From: Minisyncoccota bacterium
Lineage (GTDB): Bacteria > Patescibacteriota > Minisyncoccia > Phycocordibacterales > JACRKE01
DNA length: 64,000 bases
Assembly (NCBI GenBank): GCA_041660505.1
Contig: JBAZWG010000002.1
Span: forward strand, 868 to 64,867
Direction: 5' to 3'
The notes below the pieces were generated by a model. That model was given only the letters and a program-made list of their open reading frames with translations, did not search any database and was not told where the DNA came from. Both the position numbers and the translations under genes were made by a program. Positions 20,156-29,784 of the stretch are shown one piece after another (within the stretch, counting starts at the first letter, position 1; each line of letters opens with the position of its first letter).

Positions 20156-20467
20156 TTATTTTATCGAAGTGATTTTGACTTTGGTGTACGGTTGGCGATG
20201 GCCGTTTTTCTTCTTGTACCTTGACTTGGCCATATACTTCATGACGATAACCTTGTCGGCTCTCCCCTGTTCGACAATCTCTGCCTCTACAGTCTTGCCC
20301 GCTACCGTCGGCGTGCCGAGCGTTGATTTGTCGTCTTCTGATACCAAAAGCACTTCAGCGAAGCTGATTTTATCTCCCGCATTGCCCTCAAGCTTCTCAA
20401 CGCGGAAACTAGAGCCTTCAGTAGCGATATATTGCTTGCCCCCTGTCTTGATAATAGCCAATTTCAT
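20156..20467 (-). CDS. rplU: 50S ribosomal protein L21
   Basis: AIIKTGGKQY, GHRQPYTKVKI; ATG at 20467. Confidence 0.96.
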   Translation of the reverse strand: MKLAIIKTGGKQYIATEGSSFRVEKLEGNAGDKISFAEVLLVSEDDKSTLGTPTVAGKTVEAEIVEQGRADKVIVMKYMAKSRYKKKNGHRQPYTKVKITSIK

Positions 20468-20504
20468 AGAAATACTATTATACACGATTTTACGAATTTC
20501 GCAA

Positions 20505-20576
20505 TGACCCTACAGGGAATCGAACCCTGATTACCGCCTTGAGAAGGCGATGTCCTAACCGTTAGACGATAGGGCC
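20505..20576 (-). tRNA. tRNA-Glu(CTC)
   Basis: GGCCCTATCGTCTAACGGTTAGGACATCGCCTT-CTC-AAGGCGGTAATCAGGGTTCGATTCCCTGTAGGGTCA folds as a cloverleaf; CCA not encoded. Confidence 0.95.
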
Positions 20577-20586
20577 GAAAAAGGAA

Positions 20587-21906
20587 TTAGACCCTATTTA
20601 ACCATTCTTTTTCTTGTCTGACAAGCAGTTTTTCGGCTTCTTCGGGAAAGGCCATTATTTCTTTCACCACCCTCTCCATGCGGACGCCTTGCGAGCCTTT
20701 TACCAGTATCAGATCACCTGATTTTATTATCGGCTCTATATACTTCCCCGCTTCTTCGGCAGTGTCGAATGACTGAATCTTATCGGGATCTAGACCCGCC
20801 TCGCGAGCGCCGTCGGCGATGAATTTGGCGCGCTGGCCGGCCGTCACAAGCAGGTCACAGATCTTGGCAACTTTCCTACCTATCTTCTCGTGTGCTTGAA
20901 CAGTATGTTCACCAAGCTCGAGCATGTCGCCAATGACAGCAATCTTTTTGCCTGCAACCTTAAGCTCGTTCAAACTATCCAGCGCCTTCTCGGTAGCCAA
21001 TGGCGAAGCATTATAGGTATCGTCCAGAATTATAGTATCTTTCTCCCCTTCTATAAGGCGCAGACGGCCGGGTGCCTTTTCGTAGTCCTGCAGAGCCTCA
21101 AGCATGGTTACCAGATTAATTTTAAGCGTGTGGCCGACGGCGACAGCGGCTAGCGCGGCATAAATATGGTGCTTACCGAAGATACCTTTGATGCGCACGG
21201 GTACGCTCTTGCCATCCATATCGAGCTTGAAGCTGATGCCTTCTGGGAATTCTTTGCCGTTGTTGGTTTCGTACAGTATTCTGTCGTTGGATGCACGAAT
21301 ATCGGCTTCTTCTTCGAAGCCATAAGTGACGGTTTTATGAGAATGCGTGCCTTCCGCCGTGACCCCCATTGCGAACACGAGCGGATCATCTGTATTTAGG
21401 ACCAGTGTCCCGGTTGCTATCAGGCCGTTCTTAATTTGGGATTTCTCCTTGGCCAGAGCTTCCTTTGTTTTAAAAAATTCGATATGCACCGGCACTTCGC
21501 CCACGCTTGTCACGACGGCAATGTCGAGTGGCAGCCAGCTGGCTAGAGACTTAATGTCACCGGGCCTATCGGCACCAAGCTCGAGGATAAGCCACTCGGG
21601 ATATTCGTGCGGGAAAATTATAATGACCAAGCCATAAGCCAAATTATAAAGCCAGCTAAAGAGGTTGCCCCAGCCTGAATCAAGACCGAGAATAGTGAGG
21701 GGAACGCCAAACTCGCTATTTAGACTCTTTTTGCTTTTACGTACTCTATAGGCAGTCGCTAGCACCGCGTGTATCGCGTCTTTAGTGGAAGTCTTGCCAA
21801 CGTTACCCGTAACACCGACAATGCGCGGTTTGTATTTCACCAATACTAGCTCCGCCTCTTTGCGCAGAATACTTAAGATAATTTTCTTGATGATACTTTT
21901 GAACAT
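20587..21906 (-). CDS. murF: Mur ligase, MurF (D-Ala-D-Ala adding enzyme)
   Basis: GVTGNVGKTSTK, NSEFGVPLT, DDTYNASP, GDMLELG, LVKGSQG. Confidence 0.88.
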   Translation of the reverse strand: MFKSIIKKIILSILRKEAELVLVKYKPRIVGVTGNVGKTSTKDAIHAVLATAYRVRKSKKSLNSEFGVPLTILGLDSGWGNLFSWLYNLAYGLVIIIFPHEYPEWLILELGADRPGDIKSLASWLPLDIAVVTSVGEVPVHIEFFKTKEALAKEKSQIKNGLIATGTLVLNTDDPLVFAMGVTAEGTHSHKTVTYGFEEEADIRASNDRILYETNNGKEFPEGISFKLDMDGKSVPVRIKGIFGKHHIYAALAAVAVGHTLKINLVTMLEALQDYEKAPGRLRLIEGEKDTIILDDTYNASPLATEKALDSLNELKVAGKKIAVIGDMLELGEHTVQAHEKIGRKVAKICDLLVTAGQRAKFIADGAREAGLDPDKIQSFDTAEEAGKYIEPIIKSGDLILVKGSQGVRMERVVKEIMAFPEEAEKLLVRQEKEWLNRV

Positions 21907-21915
21907 ATTTGACTG

Positions 21916-23619
21916 TTATCTGTCCGGTGGAATATTGTAATAGTTTATCAAAAACTTTGTAAGACTCATAAACGGGTCGGTCAAGGTGGCGGAAGCATAC
22001 TGCGCCCCCTTGGGGTAGGTATGGAACAGGAATATCAGGAATCTGGGATTGTATGCCGGGAAGTAGCCAAAGAACGAGTGGAGGTATCTGTCATCATAAT
22101 ACTCTTTTGTAGCCGGATTGACCATCTGCGCCGTGCCGGTCTTGGCCGCGATACTGTAGTGTTCCATCTTGGCTTTGCCGTTTACGAGAGCTTTGTCGAC
22201 TACGGTTACGAGCATTTTGGTAATTGCAGTTGAGGTTTCGGGCTTCAGTATTTGTACACCCTGACTAAAGTCTGTCTTATCTACTATGCCCAGACGATAT
22301 TCTATTCTGTCCAATATGTGCGGTGCAACGAACCTGCCGCCATTCGCAAGCGAGGCGAGCGCAGTGGCCATCTGGATTGGTGTGACAGCTATCCCCTGCC
22401 CGAAGGCCGCTGTGGCATAATTAACATCTCGATTACTTGAGAGATTAGCAATCAGGCCGCTCGCTTCATTCGGCAATTCTATACCGGTCTTCTCGCCAAA
22501 TCCATAACCTTTCATATACTTCGCAAAAGTGGCGTTGCCTGTTTTCTGCTCCACGAAGACCATGCCGACGTTCAATGATTGATTCAAAACTTCCTGCATA
22601 TATATCCGACCTCGCGCCTTGCCGTCGTAATTGCTTATCTTCTTTTTATCGAGAATAATTGAGCCGGTGTCGGTGTACATCGTGTCGGGAGTAAGCACGC
22701 CGGAATCAATCGCCGCAGCCATTGCAAGAGGCTTCATTGTCGAACCCATCTCATACATATTTTCGACATTCGGATTCTGGAAGGCGCGCGGATCTTTGAC
22801 CGCATTGAACTCGTTAGGGTCATAATCTGGATATCCAGCCATGGCAACGATCTTGCCAGTCATTGGGTCAAGAATTATTCCTCCTATCTGATCGGCATGC
22901 CACGTTTTTTCCGTCGTAGCGAGTGTATCTTCCAGTTGCCTCTCTACTGTCGGTTCAACCGTCGTTACAATATCACCGTCTAGCTGATTCCCGCCAGCAG
23001 ACATCGCGGAACTTAGATTAGAGAATACTTCGGCGAAAAAATTCACATATAAGCCACCTGCGTGCCGAACAAGAATGTCGTCGAAGTAGGATTCGAGCCC
23101 GGCTCTACCGGATACCGTATCCCCCGTATCCTTCGATAATCCGACAAACCCAAGGAAGCCAGAACCGAGCCTCCCCCCGGGATAGTAGCGCTTTTTTTCC
23201 GTATAAATAGTAACACCCTTTATCTTTAGTGCCGAAATGTTGTCGGCATTCTTCTGGTCTATATTTTTTTCGATTACTTCGTAGGTATCGTCCTTTTTTG
23301 TCGCGCGGGCAAGAAATGTCTGTTCGTCCGTCGTCAGATTGCTCTTGAGCCTAGTGTAGACTTCCACGGCATTCATTAATAGTGCCGGATTCACCGCAAC
23401 GAAGTAGGTGTCCTTGAGTGTCGCCGCCGATACTCGCCCCCCGGTCTTTTCTTTAAAGTAAATATTCCCGCGTGAAAATTCGGCGGTTTCCGAATGAGCA
23501 TATTGACGATTGGCAACCTCCGCGAATTCAGCGCCGTTCAATACTTGAATATACGCAAGTCTGGCGACACATACTGCCGCAACCACAACGACAATTAGTG
23601 AGAGGAGTCGTACACGCAT
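21916..23619 (-). CDS. ftsI: Class B PBP, division-type (FtsI-like)
   Basis: YEMGSTMKP (SxxK), SLN, KTGTAQ; downstream of mraZ-rsmH-ftsL-like. Confidence 0.82.
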   Translation of the reverse strand: MRVRLLSLIVVVVAAVCVARLAYIQVLNGAEFAEVANRQYAHSETAEFSRGNIYFKEKTGGRVSAATLKDTYFVAVNPALLMNAVEVYTRLKSNLTTDEQTFLARATKKDDTYEVIEKNIDQKNADNISALKIKGVTIYTEKKRYYPGGRLGSGFLGFVGLSKDTGDTVSGRAGLESYFDDILVRHAGGLYVNFFAEVFSNLSSAMSAGGNQLDGDIVTTVEPTVERQLEDTLATTEKTWHADQIGGIILDPMTGKIVAMAGYPDYDPNEFNAVKDPRAFQNPNVENMYEMGSTMKPLAMAAAIDSGVLTPDTMYTDTGSIILDKKKISNYDGKARGRIYMQEVLNQSLNVGMVFVEQKTGNATFAKYMKGYGFGEKTGIELPNEASGLIANLSSNRDVNYATAAFGQGIAVTPIQMATALASLANGGRFVAPHILDRIEYRLGIVDKTDFSQGVQILKPETSTAITKMLVTVVDKALVNGKAKMEHYSIAAKTGTAQMVNPATKEYYDDRYLHSFFGYFPAYNPRFLIFLFHTYPKGAQYASATLTDPFMSLTKFLINYYNIPPDR

Positions 23620-23641
23620 AACAAATTATGACGCACCCGGA

Positions 23642-23974
23642 TCAATTACCCTTCGTTAACATCACTATCGGCTCGCCATTAGCATCGACATATTGGACAT
23701 GCGCCGCATTTATGTACTGCATCGAATTGGCAGTCTCTATCGTAACCTCGTTCTGAAGCGCAAAATATTTTGACTCCAGCACGGCGACACTCGATGAAAG
23801 TTCGTCGGTCCTCTTTTCTAAAGCCATTCTACCGACAACATGACCGACGGAGGCGTTCACCAAATACCCGTAGGCAAGGATCTGAATGACTACGAACGTC
23901 GCAAATACCGAAAACGCCCGACGTCCTTTTTCGGTTGTATTTTCTTTATTGCTTTGTGTATACAATTTTGTCAC
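23642..23974 (-). CDS. FtsL-like bitopic protein
   Basis: 110 aa, single TM then coiled coil, in the ftsL slot between rsmH and ftsI. Confidence 0.6.
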   Translation of the reverse strand: MTKLYTQSNKENTTEKGRRAFSVFATFVVIQILAYGYLVNASVGHVVGRMALEKRTDELSSSVAVLESKYFALQNEVTIETANSMQYINAAHVQYVDANGEPIVMLTKGN

Positions 23975-24891
23975 GATACTTTTTCTATAATCCTTAATTT
24001 TGCGCTTCTGGCTCTGGGGTTTTTTTTGACTTCTGTCTGCGTTGGCGCTATGACTTTCTTCGTGATTATTACCCCACCCCGCTTTTTAAAATCAATGAAC
24101 TTCTTTTTGACTATTCTGTCTTCGCCGTCATGGAATGTAATGACTGCTATTCGGCCAGACGGAGCTAAGTAATCCCATGCGGAGCCGAGTGCGATTACAA
24201 CAGAACCAAATTCGTCGTTAACGGCAATGCGTAGAGCCTGGAATGTCTTGGTTGCGAAATGGATTTTGCGATGCTTATAGAATTCCGGAACGGCCTTTTC
24301 TATAATCTCGACCAGATCGAACGTAGTAAGTATTTTTTTGTGCTTCCTTTCTTCTACAATAACCCTCGCTATCCTGCCCGAGAACTGCTCTCCGCCAAAT
24401 CCGCGCAAAATTGCCTCGAGAGACTCTTCGGACCATTCGTTAACGATAACCCGTGCAGTTAGTACATTTTCTCCGGGGTTCCTCTCTAGGGTCATAACAA
24501 GCGGCTCGTTGATTTGGAAAGAGAATCCTCGTCCGGATGATTCGAGCTGAACAGAGTTAAGTCCCAGATCAAAGAGAAATCTATCTACCTCACCAGGTTT
24601 AGTGCCGACTATTTCAAGCGTGTTCTTAATGTCCCTGAAATTGCCAATTTTGAGTGTTGTTTTACATTCGAGAGCGCCGAGAAAATCTTTTACGTCGTTC
24701 ACATTCTGTTCGTCCGCATCTAGGCCGATAAGCCAGCCGCTAGTACCGATCTTCTTGCTGATTTCGCACGTATGTCCGCCTCTGCCGAGCGTTGCGTCTA
24801 CAACAGTCTGTCCCAGTTTAAGGTTAAGGCCGTCTATTGTTTCTTGTAAAAGAACCGGAATGTGTTCTGAGTTATCTTTAAACTGGCTCAT
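23971..24891 (-). CDS. rsmH: 16S rRNA m4C1402 methyltransferase
   Basis: HIPVLLQE, DATLGRGGH, FQALRIAVNDE, NPRARSAKLR. Confidence 0.95.
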   Translation of the reverse strand: MSQFKDNSEHIPVLLQETIDGLNLKLGQTVVDATLGRGGHTCEISKKIGTSGWLIGLDADEQNVNDVKDFLGALECKTTLKIGNFRDIKNTLEIVGTKPGEVDRFLFDLGLNSVQLESSGRGFSFQINEPLVMTLERNPGENVLTARVIVNEWSEESLEAILRGFGGEQFSGRIARVIVEERKHKKILTTFDLVEIIEKAVPEFYKHRKIHFATKTFQALRIAVNDEFGSVVIALGSAWDYLAPSGRIAVITFHDGEDRIVKKKFIDFKKRGGVIITKKVIAPTQTEVKKNPRARSAKLRIIEKVS

Positions 24892-25322
24892 ATTGCACCA
24901 ATATCTGAAAGCTGCTGCGCCAGACCGGCTACTTTGCCTTGAATCCCCTGCTTGTAGGTCGTCCAGATTTCTTCATCCCAGATTTCTACCCGTGAATATA
25001 CTCCCGTGACTATCGCGTTTATTTTGAGACCGGCATGCAGTTTCAAAAAATCAGGAATCAGAATGCGTCCGATAGTATCCACTGCTGTCTCCACTGCGCC
25101 CGAAAACATAAAGCGGTTGAAGTCTCTTGCATTTACCTGTCCGATGGAAGGGGCCGCCAATTTCTCGGCAACAGTCTTCCATTGGCTCATGGGGTAAACG
25201 AAGAGACATTTATCCAACCCGTAGGTAATCACAACGGTCTTGCCCAATTCCTTCCGGAACTTTGCCGGCAGCGAGATGCGCTTTTTTTCATCTATCGTGT
25301 GATGATACTCGCCAATGAGCAT
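24888..25322 (-). CDS. mraZ: Transcriptional regulator MraZ
   Basis: GEYHHTIDEKKRISLPAKFR, DTIGRILIP, RVEIWD. Confidence 0.95.
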   Translation of the reverse strand: MLIGEYHHTIDEKKRISLPAKFRKELGKTVVITYGLDKCLFVYPMSQWKTVAEKLAAPSIGQVNARDFNRFMFSGAVETAVDTIGRILIPDFLKLHAGLKINAIVTGVYSRVEIWDEEIWTTYKQGIQGKVAGLAQQLSDIGAI

Positions 25323-25339
25323 AGACTTTTATGATTTAC

Positions 25340-25374
25340 CCCACTCTTTCCCACTTGAGTATATTTTATACCAC
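25340..25374 (-). promoter_or_regulatory. MraZ operator boxes and extended -10 upstream of mraZ
   Basis: Minus strand GTGG(TATAAA)...GTGGG-AAAGA-GTGGG at 10/20-bp phasing, matching known GTGG/TGGG MraZ repeats. Confidence 0.7.
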
Positions 25375-25427
25375 TTCATCACACAGCACAACATATTTTA
25401 TAGTGGATAACTCCTTAATTACAACGC

Positions 25428-25449
25428 AAAAACGCCCGTAGGCGTCTTT
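25428..25449 (-). terminator. Intrinsic terminator after greA
   Basis: Minus strand AAAGACGCC-TACG-GGCGTTTTT. Confidence 0.65.
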
Positions 25450-25475
25450 GTCAATCCTGTTTGAAATCTGAATCT

Positions 25476-25937
25476 CTACTTTATTTCTACAATAGAATAT
25501 GATGCTGTCTGGCCCGATGGGGTTTTTACGATAAATGTATCACCCGCTTTCTTGCCTATCATCGCCGCTCCAATAGGAGATTCGTTCGATATCTTGCCAT
25601 CTTTAGGCTCGGCCTCTTCCGAGCCGACGATACTGTATTCCACGGCTACACCGCCGTTCTTTTTAACCACAACCTTCGATCCGATATCTACTGTTGTGCC
25701 GTGCTTCTCTTTAACTATCACTGCTTGTTTCAGAACATCCTCGATCTTGGCAATACGTTCTTCAAGATCAGTAAAAGCCTCCCTGGCCTCTTGATATTCC
25801 GCATTTTCCGACAAGTCTCCAAGGGATTTTGCGTATTCGAGACGTCCGGCAACCTCCTGCCGTCCGGTCGTTCTTAAACGTTCAAGCTCTGCCGAAAGCT
25901 CGGCAAATTTCTCTTTTGTTAGATAGTCGTTTGACAT
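25476..25937 (-). CDS. greA: Transcription elongation factor GreA
   Basis: GDLSENAEY, ISNESPIG. Confidence 0.95.
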   Translation of the reverse strand: MSNDYLTKEKFAELSAELERLRTTGRQEVAGRLEYAKSLGDLSENAEYQEAREAFTDLEERIAKIEDVLKQAVIVKEKHGTTVDIGSKVVVKKNGGVAVEYSIVGSEEAEPKDGKISNESPIGAAMIGKKAGDTFIVKTPSGQTASYSIVEIK

Positions 25938-25970
25938 ATGGATATACTATATATCTAAAATGACATTGAG

Positions 25971-27635
25971 TCAACTTTTGATGTATTCCGGGGCGTGCCA
26001 GAACATCCAGTCGAAAAGTTGGCGCATCACGTAAACACCGCCAATGGTATTATGAACGGGACCGGCCTCCATAACTATCGTAAATGCATATTTAGGATGT
26101 TCATACGGGAAGAACCCGACAACCCATGAGTTTACCTTAGATTTAGAGACGCCGAGCTCGGCCGTGCCCGTTTTGGTTGCAACCTTTAAATAATCAAGAT
26201 TAAGCCCTTTACCTGTGCCGGTTACTGCGGACATGCGCATCCCTTCCTTTACAACATTAAAGTTCGCTTGCGGAAGATCTATAGTGCGTTGGATTTCCGG
26301 TGTCTCTGTCTGTAATATTGTCGGCCGAACCAGTTTGCCATTCGTAGCAAGCGCCGCGACAGCCCGCACGGCCTGAATAGGCGTCACAAGAAATCCATAT
26401 TGACCGATGACAGTATGGTACGTATTTCCTACGCGCCAAGCGGCGTCCTTCGGGAATGTCTTGGCCTTCCACTCCGGTGAAGGAATATTGCCCATCTTCT
26501 CGTCCGCGAATTCGATCTTCGTCGGTTCGCCGAAACCAAACATGCGCGCATATTTCTCTATATTCGTAATACCGAGCCCCCTTTGATCCTTATATCCGCC
26601 CCCTATCTGATAAAAATATTCGTCTGACGACTGCTCTATCCCCTGCCTCATATTTATCCAGCCGTGTGCTTCCCAGTCTTTAAAAATAGTAGGCTTCTCA
26701 GGGTCGTAGGGGTTCGGGATTACAAGTTGGCCTGTGCTTAAAATCTTTTTATCAGGTGAAATTATCCCCTCAGTAAGCGCGCCTATTGCCATGAATGGCT
26801 TAATAATAGAGCCGGGCGCATACAATCCAGACACCGCTCTGTCGAGGAATGGTTTAGCCGGATCACGCAACGATTGATTTATGGCAACCCTGTCATTGCC
26901 TGCAGAAAAAACTAGTGAACTGAATTCCGGATAACTTGTAATAGCCACGAGTTCCCCCGTCTCAACGTTCATAATTATTCCCGCTCCACCGGCAAATCCC
27001 CTGTCTGTAGAAACGGCTTTTATAATTTCGTACAGCTTCTGTTGAACTTTTGCATCAATAGAGAGAACGAGCGGTTGTCCGGAAATTGGATCTTGCTGAA
27101 CGCTTTCCGACAGCGTGTGCCCAAGGGCATCTGTCTCGGTTATCTTAATACCTGGCGTACCGGCCAGCCGAGTATTAAAAATCTTCTCAACACCGTCAAT
27201 GCCGACAGTTGTTGTCGCCATAGGAATAAATGAATCGCTTGTGGTAGCATCGTTCTGCCCGAGATAGCCGAGCAAATGACTGAATCCACCGCCCTCCATA
27301 TAATTGCGCTCCGAACCGTTGTTCCAAGCAAGAAGCGTCCCATTCTTATCTTTTATAGACGAACGTTCGGGAAAAACTGGGAAAAATCGCAGTGTATTAA
27401 CGAGACTCCGTTTATAAAAAGCCTGGCCTTGATTAATTTGCAAAGTGAAGAGTTTGCCTCCGATAAAAATTATCGCTAATAAAAAAAATGCCGCCAGGGT
27501 GTACAACGACTTCTGGGAAATCGGCTTTTCTATGCGGCCTTCAAATTGTTGAGTGTTGAAGGTCGGCATATTCCGGGCATCCAGGAAAATTTCGTCCGGA
27601 TATATTTCACCAGTGTTTCGTGATTTTCTTTTCAT
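25971..27635 (-). CDS. mrdA: Penicillin-binding protein 2 (elongation)
   Basis: YAPGSIIKP, SSDEYFY (SxD), KTGTAE; follows mreB-mreC; ATG 27635 preferred. Confidence 0.85.
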   Translation of the reverse strand: MKRKSRNTGEIYPDEIFLDARNMPTFNTQQFEGRIEKPISQKSLYTLAAFFLLAIIFIGGKLFTLQINQGQAFYKRSLVNTLRFFPVFPERSSIKDKNGTLLAWNNGSERNYMEGGGFSHLLGYLGQNDATTSDSFIPMATTTVGIDGVEKIFNTRLAGTPGIKITETDALGHTLSESVQQDPISGQPLVLSIDAKVQQKLYEIIKAVSTDRGFAGGAGIIMNVETGELVAITSYPEFSSLVFSAGNDRVAINQSLRDPAKPFLDRAVSGLYAPGSIIKPFMAIGALTEGIISPDKKILSTGQLVIPNPYDPEKPTIFKDWEAHGWINMRQGIEQSSDEYFYQIGGGYKDQRGLGITNIEKYARMFGFGEPTKIEFADEKMGNIPSPEWKAKTFPKDAAWRVGNTYHTVIGQYGFLVTPIQAVRAVAALATNGKLVRPTILQTETPEIQRTIDLPQANFNVVKEGMRMSAVTGTGKGLNLDYLKVATKTGTAELGVSKSKVNSWVVGFFPYEHPKYAFTIVMEAGPVHNTIGGVYVMRQLFDWMFWHAPEYIKS

Positions 27636-27888
27636 GTAAATTAAAGTTGTGTCTGAACACCTGTAGAATAAAAAAGATGATTGTCCCAATAATTGTGAAG
27701 GTTGCGGTGCTGGCTAACGGCCCCGTTGCTCGAGAGTAAATCAGATCGTAGAGAAGCGAGAATAAAACTATTTCGTAATATGATGCAAACATGAATGATC
27801 CACAAACGAGCGCGCCGGCAAACAGCCACCATGGTGCGAATATCAGCAAAACGAAAATGAATATATCTAACGCGTAGCGGGAATACAT
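27607..27888 (-). CDS. Small polytopic membrane protein in the mreD position
   Basis: 93 aa, about 3 hydrophobic segments, overlaps both mreC and mrdA. Confidence 0.6.
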   Translation of the reverse strand: MYSRYALDIFIFVLLIFAPWWLFAGALVCGSFMFASYYEIVLFSLLYDLIYSRATGPLASTATFTIIGTIIFFILQVFRHNFNLHEKKITKHW

Positions 27889-28745
27889 GTGCGTTTTATA
27901 TTATTCGAGTCCTTTCGATCAACATAAACCCATTTAAGGGTATGCAGATTTACGGGACTCTTAAGATATATCGTTTCAAACGGAGCGTCCTCGGTCTTCT
28001 TGACCTGCTCAACCCTTGCGACAAGCGTGGGCTTTTCTGTAGGCAAAGTGGCCTCATCAAGCACGTTTATTTTTATATTCTTCGGTAAACTGGCAATGAA
28101 CGTGCCATCGCCGTCGCCTTGGATATTCACAGAAACATGCTCCTCCCCCAGAAATACTGAGGTTGTCACCTTGGCCGCCGAATAGAGTATTACTCTAGAG
28201 GATGATGTGTATACATCCGAGACAGAGCCGAGCACTATGTCTCCGAATGAATACACCTTGTCGCCACGAGAAATGCCGTCAGTACTGCCGACATCAATCA
28301 GCATAGACGCATAATATGAACGCTCCGGCGAAAGCAGAACAAGCGCCCCGATTGAATTTGCAGTCGGGGCACACAGAGTCCAGGGCGTGGTTGAAGAAAA
28401 AACCGTATCCTTTCTTCTTGATAATAAATTCTTGAGCTCATTATTCTCACTTGTCAGAACCGAAAGATACGATAGTCTCTCGCGAGAAAGTTCTATATCT
28501 GTTCTTAGCGCCTCATTTTCTGTCATGAGATTTTCTTTGCTTTTTAGGCCGACAGAAAGCGAGTCGACAGAGCGGACAATAAATTGCCCCGCATAAGTGA
28601 ACGGGCTTACTAAAAAAATTACAAACTGCGAAGCATAGGTTCGAGCCGGGGAAAAAATAAGGGCGAGGGCGAACGCAACGAGCGTAAACGTCCATGACTT
28701 ATACCAATGCGGCTGATTTCTATTCTGGAGGTAGGTCGTCTTCAT
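27867..28745 (-). CDS. mreC: Rod shape-determining protein MreC
   Basis: TM, coiled coil ENEALR/ENNELKNLL, IDVGSTDGI, GDGDG; downstream of mreB. Confidence 0.85.
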   Translation of the reverse strand: MKTTYLQNRNQPHWYKSWTFTLVAFALALIFSPARTYASQFVIFLVSPFTYAGQFIVRSVDSLSVGLKSKENLMTENEALRTDIELSRERLSYLSVLTSENNELKNLLSRRKDTVFSSTTPWTLCAPTANSIGALVLLSPERSYYASMLIDVGSTDGISRGDKVYSFGDIVLGSVSDVYTSSSRVILYSAAKVTTSVFLGEEHVSVNIQGDGDGTFIASLPKNIKINVLDEATLPTEKPTLVARVEQVKKTEDAPFETIYLKSPVNLHTLKWVYVDRKDSNNIKRTCIPATR

Positions 28746-29784
28746 CTTGGACAAGTAAGTCTCTATAAAATTCGATGTCGTCTAAGATTATTCCGGTACC
28801 CCTTGCTACGGCCGTAAGCGGGTCATCGGAAATATATACTGGAATCTTCAAATCCTCCTCGAATACCTTGGTCAAGCCACGCAGAAGAGAGCCGCCGCCA
28901 GTGAGTAATATGCCTCTATGCATGATGTCCGAAATAATTTCTGGCGGAGTTAATTCCAACACTTCGCGTACGGCCGTCACCAGAAGACTGATTGATTGCC
29001 CGATTGCCTCGGTAATATCCTCGTTCGTCAGCATTATCTCGCGAGGGAGGCCAGTGACGAGGTCGCGACCCCGCACTATAGTTTCTAACGATTCGGATTT
29101 TGGATGGATAGAACCTATGGCAATCTTGACCTCCTCGGCGGTCTTCTCTCCGATGAGCATTTTGAACTCATCGCGCACATAGCCGACAATATCTTGATTA
29201 AGTTTGTCGCCCGCTATACGCAAGCTCTTGGCTTTTACGATGCCGCCGAGCGATATGACCGCTATGTCTGAGGTGCCGCCACCTATATCGATTATCATAT
29301 TACCTATCGGCTCGTAGACGGGCATACGGATACCGATAGCGGCGGCAATAGGTTCTTCTACTATATGCACTTCGCGCGCGCCGGCATTCTTAACAGCATC
29401 TCGTACGGCACGGCGTTCGACATTCGTAATACCGGACGGTACCCCCACGACCACTCGCGGACGGATTATCTTACGCGGAAACATTGCCTGTGTCTTTTTT
29501 ATGAAATAATGTATCATCTCCTCTGTTGCCTCGAAGTCGGAGATGACACCGTCAACCAGGGGCCTCACCGCAACGATGTGCTGGGGCGTGCGGCCGAGCA
29601 TCGAACGCGCATCACTGCCTATTGCCACAACCTGACCGGTCTTTTGGTTCAAGGCAACTACTGACGGCTCATTGATAATGATGCCGTTCCCACGAACAAA
29701 CACGAGCGTGTTGGCGGTACCCAGATCCATACCCACGTCGCTTGAGAATTTTGTGAGCAAACTTTCGAGAACTTTATTTTTCAT
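28720..29784 (-). CDS. mreB: Rod shape-determining protein MreB
   Basis: GMDLGTANTL, EPSVVA, EEPIAAAIG, DIGGGT, LTGGG. Confidence 0.95.
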   Translation of the reverse strand: MKNKVLESLLTKFSSDVGMDLGTANTLVFVRGNGIIINEPSVVALNQKTGQVVAIGSDARSMLGRTPQHIVAVRPLVDGVISDFEATEEMIHYFIKKTQAMFPRKIIRPRVVVGVPSGITNVERRAVRDAVKNAGAREVHIVEEPIAAAIGIRMPVYEPIGNMIIDIGGGTSDIAVISLGGIVKAKSLRIAGDKLNQDIVGYVRDEFKMLIGEKTAEEVKIAIGSIHPKSESLETIVRGRDLVTGLPREIMLTNEDITEAIGQSISLLVTAVREVLELTPPEIISDIMHRGILLTGGGSLLRGLTKVFEEDLKIPVYISDDPLTAVARGTGIILDDIEFYRDLLVQDEDDLPPE

